The notes under the pieces: model-generated
Seen by the model: the letters and a program-made list of their open reading frames with translations, nothing else
What the model was told of the DNA's origin: nothing
Databases searched by the model: none
NCBI GenBank assembly: GCA_964019335.1
Contig: OZ025720.1
Location: forward strand, 310,001-374,000
Direction of reading: 5' to 3'
Source: Diplonema japonicum
Taxonomy: Eukaryota; Protista; Euglenozoa: Diplonemea
Length of the DNA stretch: 64,000 nucleotides
Position numbers and translations under genes: made by a program
Part shown: positions 32,649-45,131 of the stretch, in pieces
Layout of the letters: each line of letters opens with the position of its first letter
Position numbering within the stretch: the stretch's first letter is position 1

Positions 32649-35600
32649 TTACATTACGCTGGACCTCCTCCTCTTGAAGCTTCCTTGTCGGGTGGTGTTT
32701 TCCATATCTTTCCAGTACAAGAGGTTTGCGTCCAGGTTGTCGAGGAGGGGTTTGAAGGAGGGGTACGCCTCGTGAAGGATGACGAAGAGGGGCTTCACCA
32801 CGTACTCGACGAATCCCTTTTGGCATCTCGAGACGTCGGCATCCGCGTCGCAGAACGGGGACACTACAAGCTCGGACTCTTCTTCACGTTTGCCTTGCTC
32901 GCGAAACTCTTTCATGACCCGTTTTGTCCACTCCAGGTACATGGAGAGGGGCTTGGTCGGGTTGCTGATATCGGCAGCGTGAAGCAATGATTTCAACATC
33001 AACATCCTATCATCGACGGACGTCATGAAGTCCCCCCCCTCGTCACGCAATGTTGTTGCCCTGGCCTTCAACTCGCCCAGAGCCTTAAAGTGAACCTTCA
33101 TGTCTGTCCCCAGAACATGGTTGATCATATGCTCTCGGAGGATCTTCTGCTCGTGGTCAGAGAGCGTCTCAAGAATAGAGTACGTCTCCACCTGCAACAG
33201 CTGAAACGTCTGGAACAAGTGGTGGTTCTCCAGAACAGACTGGTCGTTGAAATGCAGTGCTATCTCGTCGCGTGTGTTCACTAGGAACGCATTATTGACG
33301 CCCTGGTGTGTTGTGTTGGGAGAAAATAAAAAAAAGTTATAACTGTCGTACCGGGTGGTCGTAGTCATGTATGACAGCAGATAAAAGCACGCTTAGGCAG
33401 TCTACATCAGACATTTTCTCGACGATGTTCGCCGTGTTGATGAGCCAGTGAACAGTTTGCAGAACATCGGCTGCGTGGATATGCGTGTGGTACGGGTTCT
33501 CCCTTCTGTACCCCGCCTGTATCTTACTGAGGAATTGGATCAGCCTGTGAACCAGTTCAGGTGTTCCGAAGTATTTGGTGAAGAATCTGTATTTCGAGAA
33601 GATGTTGATTGCAACCTGTACGAGCACCCCGCCTGCGTCCTCTGAAAGTCTGCTGATTTCAAACACATCAAACGACAGCGAGTCGAGGTCTGGGATGTCC
33701 AGCCCCAGTGCCCTGGAAGATGTTCCTTCGCCGAATCGCACGCTGCAGTGAGTGGGTTTCGGTGGGGGTTTTGTGAGCGATGTGCTTCTTCGCCGCATGA
33801 CCTGGCTTGGGGTGCGTGTTGCAAGGGGGTCCTCCTCCTCCTCCCACCCCACACCTTGCGGTGCGTAAGTATCGCTCAGAAACCTTGCGACGTCGTCGTC
33901 TAGAGCGCACCCCACGTACTCAACTTGGTAGATGTTCGGCGTGGACATCAGCAGGTCCAGCGACCTCCCAAGCCCCTTGCAATGCTCGACATTGATCTGC
34001 GGCATGTTTTCCGCATCTCGCTTCGCTTGTTTCAGCATCACCACCAGCTGGTCATATGGAGACGAGAAAGTAGCCCCGCCCCGTGCTGGTAGCGCTGCTT
34101 GGAGCTGCACTTGGTACACGGTGCTCGTCACTGGCTCCAATGCCAGCAAGCAGTTCCCGAAGTCGGATTGCAAGGTGATGGCCTCCACGTTGCAGATTTT
34201 GATCGGCTGCTCGTTCTCGCCGTTGGACTTCGTGTGGTGTATGGTCGTCACGTTGGCAGAGTACGAACGGCGTGTGTCGTTCCACACAAGTTGTATCTTC
34301 GCTATTCTGCTGTTCCCCGTGTCCGATAGGTAGAGGAGAAGGTTCTCCGGGTCGCCCACCAAGCAGGTGGGGCTGCGGAAGCGTGCGTCAAAGCCCGAGC
34401 CGTCGATCTTTCCAGGTTCACGTGGCATGCCTGCGCAGACTTGCGGACAGTTACGCAGCGTGTTGTGTCTTGTCTTACCCTGGTCTGAAAGGTATACGCA
34501 ATGCGTATCGCAGTCGGCGACGAACAGCCATGCTGGCGGGACGTGGGCCAATCCTATAGCCCCCACCAAGGTGGTGAACAGGATATCAGAAGCTTCGACG
34601 GCAACTGCGCTGGGCAGCAGATCGTTGATCACGTCATCGATGCGGGTGCGCGTGATGCTTGTCGCCAGCTCCGCACGCTCCTCGTCGGAGCAGGGCCGGA
34701 ACCCGTGCTCGCCGATGTCCAGGACGATCTCCGCCTCCCATGTGATAGGATCCACGCAGAGGATTGTCTTGTTTGTCAGGTCATTGATGTAAAACTTGTT
34801 CCGCATCGGGTGGATCGTCCCCAAGTACTGGATGGGCCCTTGGCAGTCGCAGGGCGTGAGGACGGGGTAAAAGGTCGTCACCATCCCACGCGCGTCCACA
34901 CGACGCACGGCAGTCGTGTCCGTGACCCATAGGTAACTCTTGTATTCGCACATCCCTAAGGGGAGGACAAAAGCAGCTTCATCACCTAATCCGTCCACAT
35001 GCCCCCACCTAACGTACGGGTTCCCTGCGTGGAAGTTGGGGCTGGGGAGGTCGTCAAGAACGGCTGATAAAGGGTGCAGCAGACGGTGGATCTTGTTGAC
35101 CAGCTGGACCTGCGTCCCATTCTTGAGGTGCGCGAAGACGGTGTGCTCGCCGATGAACGGCTCCTTGAAGACCAGTGTCCCTATGGTGATGCCATTGCAC
35201 AGGTACACAACTTGCTGGTCGAAGAAGTTCACGATTATAGTGATTATGTTCTGACCTTCATGCAGGACGTCTTTCAAAGGGGTGCTTAAGGGCTGCGACA
35301 CTTCATGCCCACTCGGGTCGGACCAGTACAAACGGTGGTCCAGTGTGGAGCCTGGTTTCATGGATGTGAGGCAAACGGGGAGGGCACCGATTCTGCAGGG
35401 GTGGAAGTTATCCGTGCCGAGCTTTGAAACAACGCCGACGGTGAGGTTGTCGATGCCGGCAGCAAGGATGTTCCACGAATGAACACCCTCACCGTGGGAA
35501 CGGTGGCCAACGACAGTGCCTTGTGTTGATTGGTGCTTAGGGCGTGCGAGGCTGTCACCCTCTAGCAGTGTGATAGACTTTGAAGCGAAACCACATTGCA

Positions 35601-36222
35601 AATCCCAAGCAAGGTTCTTTCCATTGAGTATGGCAGCCTGTTCAGGGGATTGCGCTGTATTGTTTGATGCAAACCCTTCAGGGGGCTGCTCCAACTGAAC
35701 TCTTTCAATACAGTTTTTACGGATGTAATAAAGGTGGTAGTCGTAAGCGACCATGGCTGTGACACCAAGGCTTGGGAGGCATTCGAAGAGGGTTTGATCG
35801 AAGCCGTCATCAAGGATGGGGAAGGTTTCCAAGGTGATCCTTTGTCGTTGAGTGTGCTGTGTGTCAGCCTGGCTGTCATCATCTTCTTCCTCGCTGAAGA
35901 CTGTGTGACACGTTTCGTATCTGTGTAAATGTGAATCGTACAGTGGCGACAAGACATCGCAATACCATGGAGTGCTCATGTCCAGCTGCTGCCTTAGATC
36001 AGTTGCACATAGTACCTCCTTCGACAGCATCAAGGAGAAGAGCCCTGTTTCTCGTTTTTCCCTCTCTCTCTCCGCCTCGTTTTCCCTCTCCTTCGCCGCG
36101 TCCAACACCAGCGTACCCAATGCTCTTTTTGATTTTATCCCAACACGGCCCGGCGACATTTTGGCTGCAAGCGAGTATCGCGGCGGCGTAGTTATGCTGA
36201 CACTCTTCCTGCCTCCCTCCAT
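32649..36222 (-). CDS. Class I cyclic-nucleotide phosphodiesterase with large N-terminal beta-rich region (SPRY-like and NHL-propeller-like); intron 33351-33303
   Basis: NPYHTHIHAADVLQT, HDYDHP|GVNNAFL (joined across the intron), SVLENHH, GTDMKVH, AADISNPTKP, CQKGFVEYVV. Confidence 0.92.
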
Positions 36223-36600
36223 TTTTTTTTTAAAAGTTGGGGGGAGGAGGGACTTTTTTTTTGATATTTTTTTTTGAGAAAATTGAAAGGGGAAAAGAAA
36301 GAAAGAAGGGAAAAAAAAAAAAGGGAAACGGATACGGGAATTGCTTTTTTTTTTTTTTTCAATTCAACCTTTTTTAAAAAAAAATGTGCTAGTAATTTTT
36401 TTTTTTTTTTTTTTTTTTTAAATGAAGCCAGAGTTCCTGGCAAATATCCCCCCATATTTCCTTTCCCCCCCCCCTTTTTTTTCGGGAGTAAAAAAAAAAA
36501 ATACACTGTGTTGGGCCCATGCAAGGTAAAATCTTGGGGCATCACAACATGATGAGGCGGGAACGAAAAAACAAAAAAAAAAAAAAAAAAAAAAAAAAAC

Positions 36601-37306
36601 TCATTCAAGGTCCTCAATCTTAACCGACGTGCCCCTGTCCCCGTCGTCCTTGTGCTTCCCTTCCCCGCGCAGGTTTTTTACGACAACGGAGTTCGACTCC
36701 CACTCAGACGGCGCTACAAAAATGGCCCGCTCAGCACCAATACGGTCGGCATAGGTGAAAGACGCTTTAGGGTTTTTTGGGTTTTTCAAAATGATATCAA
36801 CTGAACGGCCTGCAGAACGAAGCTTCTGAAGGACGGTGATGGCGTTTGATCTCATCGATTCGTTGAAAGGGATGATGAGATCTTGCACGCCAGGGGAGAG
36901 TTCAGGTACCAGTTTTTTTTCCTGAAGAAGTTCCATGATCACACAGTCGCCGAAACCAAACCCACATGCTGGGATGGCTTTGTTGTGCCCGTATGTGAGC
37001 ATCAGGTTGTCGTACCTGCCGCCACCGCAGATGGCTCGGAACACACCTTCCCTGTCGAAGCATTCGAAGACAACGCCGGTGTAGTACGCAAGGCCGCGGA
37101 CAACCGAGGCGTCGAATTGTATCCAGTCGGAGTACCCGTAGGCATCGATAATTCGGAACAGGTCTCTCAGCTCCTTCACTACCTCTGCATCGTCGCCCAC
37201 TGCCTCCACCATCTCGTCGATGGATTTCAGTGACAGTGTGTCGCGGATGTTCTTGATGATGGATTTTTCGAGACCGAGGTCGGAGAGCATCTGTTTTTGT
37301 ATGAGG

Positions 37307-37337
<31 letters not shown>

Positions 37338-38252
37338 AAAGTCGTACCTTCTCGACCTCTTCTTCCTCAATCTTCTCCATCTTGTCCACTATGACGCAGA
37401 CCGGTGCGAACTTGTCCTTCGGAACACCCGCGTTTTCCAGCACTGTTTGGAGCAGTTTTCTAGAGTTCACCTTTTTTTTTTTTTTTTTTTTTTTTTGTTT
37501 TGTTGACACCTTAAACCCAACATCCTTCGAGGTAAGCCCCACGTTGGAAAGGAACGTGATAGCTGCTGCGAGGATTTCCGCCTCCGCCGTGATGCCCGTG
37601 ACACCCAAGATGTCCATGTTCCATTGGAAGTGCTCCCTGCGCCTGCCTCGGGTGATCGCTTCGTACCTTTAAAGTTTTTTTTTTTTTTTTTTTTTTGTTC
37701 TTTCCCCCAATGAACGGACCTCCAGCATTGAGGAATACTGAACCATTTTATGGGGAGAAGAAGAGACTGGCCCTTTTGCATGACAAGGCGGGCGAGGGTT
37801 GGGGTCATTTCGGGTCGCAGGGCTACCTTGTGCCCGCCCTTGGTGGTGAAATTGAACATTTGCTGGACAATCTCCTCACCGGCCTTCCGGGTGTACAGGT
37901 TTTCTGCTTCTAACACAGGAGCGTCATACTCTTCAAAACCAAATTGCTGGGCAACCTTTCGGTAGTGGGAGAAGAGCCAGTTGCGCACACGCATTTCCTC
38001 GGGCGGGAAGTCTCTCGTGCCCTGCACGGGATCCACATCGATCAGGGATTTGCTGTCAGATTTCTTCGCCCTCCCCTTCTTCTTTGTTTCATCTAAAGCC
38101 GCCATCTGCGCCATCTTCTCGTTCAGCTGCTTGTTCAACTCCGATATCTCATCGTTCAAAATCTCCCTTTTCGAAGGCTCCTTCAGTTCTAACCCTGCTG
38201 TTGCCATAGTCCTTCGAAACAACCACCTTGCGCTTCTTATACGGGCCTGCAT
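36601..38252 (-). CDS. HARS: Histidyl-tRNA synthetase; introns 37719-37667, 37509-37471, 37347-37291
   Basis: GTRDFPP, LRPEMTP, QCWR|[36 protein letters not shown] and a C-terminal anticodon-binding domain. Confidence 0.95.
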
Positions 38253-38667
38253 GGGGGGTTTTTTTTCTTTTGCTTAAGCAATGAAGCATAAAAGGGGGGG
38301 GGGGGGGAAGAAGATTTTTCTTTCAAAACAAAAAAAAAAAGCAGAAGGCGATCATAGACCACAACCATCATGAGGTCGTAACAACGAAAGACAAAAGGGA
38401 CCGATGACTCATGATGACTGCGGTGCATGAGAAGATACAAAAAAAAAAGGAAAATAAAAAACAAACAAAAACCTACACATAAAGGGGGGGGTGACAAAAA
38501 GAGGTAAATCACTCTTTTCTTCTTCTTTTTTTTTTTTTTCTTTCTTCTTCTTTTTATCTTTCAAAAATATAGAGTCCTACTACTTGTCCGGGGTACAAAA
38601 AAAAAATAAATAAAAAAAAACGGTACAAAACAAAACATAAAAAAAAAAAAAAAAGATCGGTCTTTTT

Positions 38668-39591
38668 TCAAACAGGCGATCGTAACGTGTGCAAAGACCA
38701 ATCACCCTGAGGAGCTGTCTCCGGGATTTTTGGAGGAGTAACTGGTTTTGCTGACGGTTTCGTAGGGATAACGTCATAAGGGAGCGCCTGCGGCGTGGGT
38801 GTAGGGTAATGCTTCCCCGAGGTAATCTGCGTCTGCAGCCTATCGGTGACAGCACGAAGACCAGAGTTCTCGTCTATGAGGGCAGCAATCTGCCGGTCCT
38901 TCCTGTCAGGTTCATCATGCCGGGTGTAATATCCAACAGGCCGCACAGATGTGACTTCTATTGCAGGCTCCTCATCAATACTGCCCTCTTCGTCAAGCAT
39001 TGCTGCAAGACTCTGCCTGCCTTCACCGCTTATAACCTGCTGTTTCGCATAATTGTACTCCTCAAAGGTAAGGTCACCATCACGGTATAACAACGCAAGG
39101 TCCTTCAGAGCCTTGGCAAGGCTCCCGTTGGTACTTGTCATGACTTCTTTTGTTGTTTGAAAGAATTCTTCTTCACGATATGTACCGCCTTGCCCTGCTA
39201 CCATCCCAACGGCAGTTTTTAAAGGTGGGTAGTTGGTCTGTTGAGTGACCACGGTCTCTCCTTGAGTGACAATGCGGCGAGACTGCCTTCGATAACGTTC
39301 AGCGAGTAGCCTGTTGCTGTAGATTTCCAAATCTACGTTGTTTTGTGTACCGTGGTGCTGGTGTCTCCCTGCAGGGGAGGCGGGGGGTGGTGAACCGGTT
39401 CCTGCAGGAGAGCGTGACCGCGAGGTCCCCCGGTCGTCGGATCTAACTGACTTGCTGATGTTGTAGTACTCCGTCGGCATGGCCTCTTCTCGCCTGGGGC
39501 TTCGCCGCGAATCTTGCACACCTATCCCTTTCCGTCTTGGGAGACCTTGGCCTTTACTTGAAGCTGGTTCAGATAGTAACGAGGGTTGCAT
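38668..39591 (-). CDS. Hypothetical low-complexity protein with SHOCT-like motif and short coiled coil
   Basis: LKDLALLYRDGDLTFEEYNYAKQQVI matches the SHOCT pattern. ATG at 39591 follows an A-run. Confidence 0.65.
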   Translation of the reverse strand: MQPSLLSEPASSKGQGLPRRKGIGVQDSRRSPRREEAMPTEYYNISKSVRSDDRGTSRSRSPAGTGSPPPASPAGRHQHHGTQNNVDLEIYSNRLLAERYRRQSRRIVTQGETVVTQQTNYPPLKTAVGMVAGQGGTYREEEFFQTTKEVMTSTNGSLAKALKDLALLYRDGDLTFEEYNYAKQQVISGEGRQSLAAMLDEEGSIDEEPAIEVTSVRPVGYYTRHDEPDRKDRQIAALIDENSGLRAVTDRLQTQITSGKHYPTPTPQALPYDVIPTKPSAKPVTPPKIPETAPQGDWSLHTLRSPV

Positions 39592-40536
39592 TTTTTTTTT
39601 CTTTCCCCCCCGCCTCCCCCTCTGTGAAATGGATTTGGTTTGGGGCAGTGGGGGGGGGGGGGTTCTTTTTTTTTCTAGGGAAAAAAAAAGATTACCTGGT
39701 TTGGGCATTGCTTTTTTTTTCCTTTTTTTTTTCCCTCCCGCTTTGGGTGTGAGTTATTTTATTTGCTCATTTCTCCAGAGGGCAAAGTAAATTTTTTTTT
39801 TAGCAGGTTTTGTTGGGTATAAAAGTGAATTGCACTCCCCCCCCATTTTTTCCCATTGACGATAAATAAATGAAGTATAAAAAGAATAAAATAAAAAAAA
39901 GAAAAAAAAAAGGAGAAAAAAAAGGGGGGGCTGGGAAAATAAAAAAAATAAAATAAAAAGCTTTTAAAAAAAATCGATAAAGAGGGGTACGGGGGGGGGG
40001 GGGGGGGGGGGAGGAGAGGGGAAAAGAAAAGGGGGAAATAGTAGTTTGTGCCTAACAAAAAAAAGAAGAAATAAGGAGAATATTTAATAAGATAATCACG
40101 TAGTAGAAGTGACGGCCGAGTACTTATCAAGAGGGGTGGGTATGGCATTTGGGATTAAAAACAAAAAGCAAAATAAAGAGGTGGGGGTGGGGTTAAATGG
40201 GGATAAAAATATGATGGTAAGGGGAAAAAAAAAGGGGGGAGTAGATAAAAAAAAATGACAAAAGAAAAGGAGGGAAACACAAAAAAAAAGGGGGGGCAGG
40301 GTCAGGAAAAATGCAGGGTAGAAAAAAAAATGTGATAAAAAAATATACCGATATCGTAAATACCAGTCAATGGGCTGGGTAAAAAAAAAATGCAGGGAAG
40401 GGGTAATGGGGAGTATTAGAAAAAAAATATCCGACACTTGATTTTTTTTTTGCCCCCCTCGTTTTTATTCTCCTTTTTTTTTTTTCCTCGTTTTTTTTTT
40501 TCTTTTTTCTCCCTCCTCTTCTTCCTTCTTGCTTCA

Positions 40537-40567
<31 letters not shown>

Positions 40568-40679
40568 CCTTCTTCTTCACAATCACCATCTTTTTTTTTT
40601 TTGAGAGGGGGTGGCGCGGACACACGGTTACCCTTTATTATTATTTTTTTTTTTTTTTCATTCTCGTTTTTTTTTTTTT

Positions 40680-40712
<33 letters not shown>

Positions 40713-40849
40713 CATATTCCCCTCTTTCCCAACGAAAAATCCATGCTTGTCAAAAGTGGGGGGGGGAAAAAAATAATAATAACATTTTATAACCGGCCCA
40801 AGCAGCCTCAAAAATAATATAGTCCCCTCTTTTTTTTTTTCCCTCTCTC

Positions 40850-41633
40850 TTAGTTAGAGTCAATAGTGACACCCCTCCTAATCTTACCCCAACCGATCAA
40901 TCTCCAATGCTTGTCAACGCGACGGGACAAAGCAAGCTTCTCGCCAACCTCGGTGCAAACAGGTACGGTAAGCGCAAGCTTTGCAAGCTCCGCCTTTACA
41001 GCGACCACCCTCCCTCCGGTGGACATAGACCCGATGTTAACCATGATGATTTCACCCTTCGACATTTTCTCAACCTTCCCAGATTTGTCAGCGTCCGTCT
41101 TAACACCCAAAAGCCTCCTGAGAAGGAAGAAGGAAACTTCAAGTTCAGCGTAGATCTCAGGGAGTTTACCAGGCTCGCCAAGAACCTGACCAACCAGACG
41201 GTCGGCCCTGGTGAGGGTAGGGTCCATCTTGGTACCAATACCGATAAGGCCGCCCGGGACAGCGTATTCAAGAAGATTCTTCTCGGAGAACAGGGACAAG
41301 GCAGTGCTCTTGATGGGTCTGCACTGAGTTGAACCATCGGGCATTTTTGTCTTCAAACCGGGCCTGACTTCGATCTTCTGTCCCTTTCTGATGACCCCCC
41401 GGAGGATGGACCCACCTGCCACACCACCCTTCAGGTTCTCGACGGCCTCTCCCGGCATGTTTACGTCGAAGGACCTCACCACGATGAGGCGGGGGGAGTC
41501 GGTGAAGTTCCTCCTGGGGACAGGGACCTTCTTCACAATGTGTTCGCAGAGCACGTCGATGTTGTACTTCAACTGCGCGGAGATGGGGATGATGGGCGCA
41601 CCGTCGGCAACACCACCCTTCACGAATCTGTGT

Positions 41634-41664
<31 letters not shown>

Positions 41665-42308
41665 CAATATAAAAAAAAAAAAATACCTCTTGATGTCTTC
41701 GTATTGCTGGAGGGCCACCGACTCCTTGACAAGATCTATTTTGTTCTGCAAAATGATGATGTTGGTTAGCTTCATGATCTCGACAGCGGCCAAATGCTCC
41801 GATGTCTGTGGCTGCGGGCAAGGTTCATTTCCGGCGATCAACAAGAGTGCTGCGTCCATCACCGCAGCACCGTTAAGCATGGTAGCCATGAGGATGTCGT
41901 GCCCTGGGCAGTCCACGAAGGACACATGACGGACCAAGTTCATTGCCTTCCCTGTATCAGGGTCGACGAGGTTGTCGGGGGAGCTCGAAGAGGCGGGGAC
42001 GTAGCAGCTGGGCCTCGGGTGGTCAGGTATCTGGAAAATTTTGGCGTTGGCGTATCCCAGCTTGATGGTGATATTGTTGACCATCTCCTTCTTGAACTTG
42101 ACAGTCTTCACACCACTGATGGCCTTCACGACGGTGGACTTACCGTGCGCCACGTGACCGATGGTACCTTGGTGGGTTTAAAAAAAAGAAAAAGAAAATT
42201 CAATACCAATATTTATCGTTGCCTGTCTTGAGATCACTTCAGGGGTCAGCGGGGTTAGTTTCGTGACATCAAGGGTTTCCAGATTCTGCTCGGACAACCC
42301 TTGGCTGT

Positions 42309-42343
<35 letters not shown>

Positions 42344-43275
42344 GACAAAAAAAAAATATTAGGGAAGAACAACGTACACGGTAACCAAATAACTTTTTTC
42401 CACCGTCGCCTTAAACCTCCAACTTTTTTTCCACCATCCACGGTAACCTCCAACTTTTTTTCCGCCATCCACGGTAACCTGCAACTTTTTTTCCACCGTC
42501 CACTGTAACCACAACTTTTTTTCCACCGTTCACGGTAACCTACAACTTTTTTTCCACTTTTTACTGTAACCACCAACAATTTCCCTTATGCAACCACTAA
42601 CTTTTTTTCCACCGTCCACGGTAACCTCCGACATTTTATGCCTCATTGGGGTTTGGTACGAAATGTAGCGAGGGGGGCAAAACATGATGTCATAGCAAAA
42701 GAAAAGGAAAAGAGATGACTACCCTGAAGGCTGGGACTACAACCGGGTGTGGTGCAGCGGTTGAGTAATAAAGGTTTTTACAAGTTGCTGCATTTATTTT
42801 CCCTTTCTCTCTCACTTCGCTTCCTCTTTGCTGGCCTGCCTATCTGTGACTTCGTGACAACAGGGGGCTTGAGGTCATCCTTGGCATATCCTTCACAGGC
42901 AGGGGGGCGAGGGGTGGAGAAGTACATCAGACGCCAGATATCTCGGCTTTGGCTTTAAATCGTCTTTGGAAATCGCCCTTGCCAACTTCCAGGAGAAATT
43001 CTTGGTGTCTTTTTTCGAGCCCTGGTTGTGCCTACACGTTTTTCCCAAGTGGAATAAAAATAGGTTACCGTGGAGAGTGGAAAATTTTTACAACAAACCA
43101 TTTGAGTGGAAAAAAAAGTTGTGGGTTACCGTAAACAGTGGTGGAAATTCTGCTTACAGACTTGAGTGGGAAAAAGTTATTTGGTTACCGTGTGCGTTGT
43201 TCTTCTCAAAATAATAATAACATACACTTCACCCTGGTCTGCTACGATGTCAAAGTTCGCTACCTCTTCTTCCAT
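40850..43275 (-). CDS. EIF2S3: Translation initiation factor eIF2 gamma; introns 43225-42305, 42206-42168, 41686-41628
   Basis: SRQATINIG|[46 protein letters not shown]. Exon 1 ([17 protein letters not shown]) joins in frame. Confidence 0.95.
42362..43207. mobile_element. Non-autonomous MULE/Foldback-like element (846 bp) in eIF2-gamma intron 1
   Basis: TIR of about 42 bp (GGGAAGAACAACGTACACGGTAACCAAATAACTTTT, 3 mismatches over the full length). 9-bp flanks AAAATATTA and AAAATAATA. Subterminal ~30-bp tandem repeats at 42377-42630, inverted at 43060-43195. Confidence 0.82.
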
Positions 43276-44442
43276 TGTGCCTTTTTTTTTTTTTTTTTTT
43301 TTTTGTTTTTCTTCTTCTTCCCCTGTGTTTATCGAGTTTTTTTTTGTATTTTTTAGTTTTTTTTCCTTCAACGGGGGGAACAAAAAAATAAAAAAAGACG
43401 GAGAATAAAAAAAAAAATAAAAAGACGAACGGACAGAAAAGGAACAGGGGGGGGGGGGGGGTGAATTAAAAAAAAGAACACTTCTCCCCCCCCTTATTTT
43501 TTTTTCTTCAACTTGCAAGCTCAATGACCCGACAAGGTTTTGCCTTTTTTGTGTTCCCTGAAATAAATTTCAGAGCAACGCGAAAATAAAATCACTTAAC
43601 CTACCGCAAGGAATAGACCCGTACGCGTACCTATCGGTGCCGCACTAAACCATCTCAGGTTTTGGAGGAACTGGGAGGTAAAATGGCAAGGTCATTACTT
43701 GTTGGCAGTCCCCCCCCCCCCCCCCCCCCCCCGCCTACCTCTACTGTAAATAAGAAAGAAGATTTCTTTTTTTTGAAAAAGCACAGCCAAAGGAGGAAAT
43801 GCAGACCAGAAGAAACCAACTCTTCTTCTCTTTGTGTCCTCGTTCACTTTCAGCAGTTTTTCTTTTTTTTTTTTGTTGTTCACTAAATAAAGAAACGGGG
43901 AGGGGGGGGATTCTATCACTTTAATTGTCTTTCCATCCTCTTGGTTGGAGGGTAGCTGGACTCTTGCAACAGTTAGGGAGGAAGAAGAAGAAGAAGATTT
44001 AAAAAAAAAGAAAATAAAAAAAGCAGAACTATGAGATCTCCTATTATTTTTTTTTCTTTCCACTTCCAGCTTTTCCCCTCTTTTTTTTTTACGCCCCCCT
44101 CCACACACAGCGCCTTAAATGATACTAGGAATGAAGAGAGCGAAGAAGAAATAAAAAAAAGTTTTTTTTTTTAAATTCTCCGCTCACCCGTACCATGGTT
44201 TTCAATCAAATTTCAAAACAGGGGTGCAAACGACGTAAAAGAATTCGGAACAGGGCATTGAGGAAAAAAAAAGAAAAAAAAGGGGGGGGGGAACAAATAG
44301 CAAGGGTAGGTAGGTAGGGAGGGGAAGTTATCTTATATATATCCAAATGGGGTTTTTTTTTTTCTTTCTTTTTTTTTTTTTCTTTCCCTCCCCACCCCCC
44401 TTTTTATCCTCTTCTATTTTTTTTTTTTTTTTTTTTTTTTTT

Positions 44443-44896
44443 TCATTTTTTACCAGCCGGCAGAGGTGCGAGAGGCAATGGTGCCTTTCCTGAAGCAAGG
44501 AGAGTGGCTTGGTTCTCATCTTTTCGCACATTTCGCAGGAAATTTGAATAAGCCCGCCTAATGAGATTGTCAGTGGGAGCTGCATCGAGAGCCATTATGT
44601 AATAAGCCTGCGCATTGTTATAGTCCTTCTTCGTGTCCTCAAGCAGAACAGCATAGTTGAAAAGGGCATTGGCGTTCTTGGGGTTCACGCGGATCGCATC
44701 ACGGTAGAGCTGTTCGGCCGATTTCCAGTCTCTTTTGACTTGATACAGCATGAGACCGTAGTTGGCCAGTGCGTTGGCGTTGGCAGGTTGTGCAGCTATC
44801 GCTCGTTTGTAATACTGCTCTGCCCCTTCATAGTCACGTCGTATGTTCTCCAACAGCAGAGCGTAGTTGCCGAGGGCCGTTGCATAGTCTGGGGGA

Positions 44897-44933
<37 letters not shown>

Positions 44934-45094
44934 CATGACATACTCGGGTCCTGATCAATCGCCATTATGTAGTACGCCTCTGCTTTGTAGAAGTTTTCCG
45001 AGTTGTAAAGCAGCAACCCATAGTTACACAGTATCACCGGGTTCGTCGGGTCCTTGTCAATGGCCTTAAGGTAGTATTCTGAATGGGGGATCAG

Positions 45095-45131
<37 letters not shown>

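Noticed and set aside
39759-40817. Poly-Lys and poly-Phe ORFs here and in other spacers (e.g. 11423-12847)
   Set aside because: Products of A/T homopolymer tracts, not protein-like.
42377-42630. 30-bp repeats as a CRISPR-like array
   Set aside because: Degenerate contiguous units mirrored at the other end of a TIR element; they are subterminal transposon repeats.
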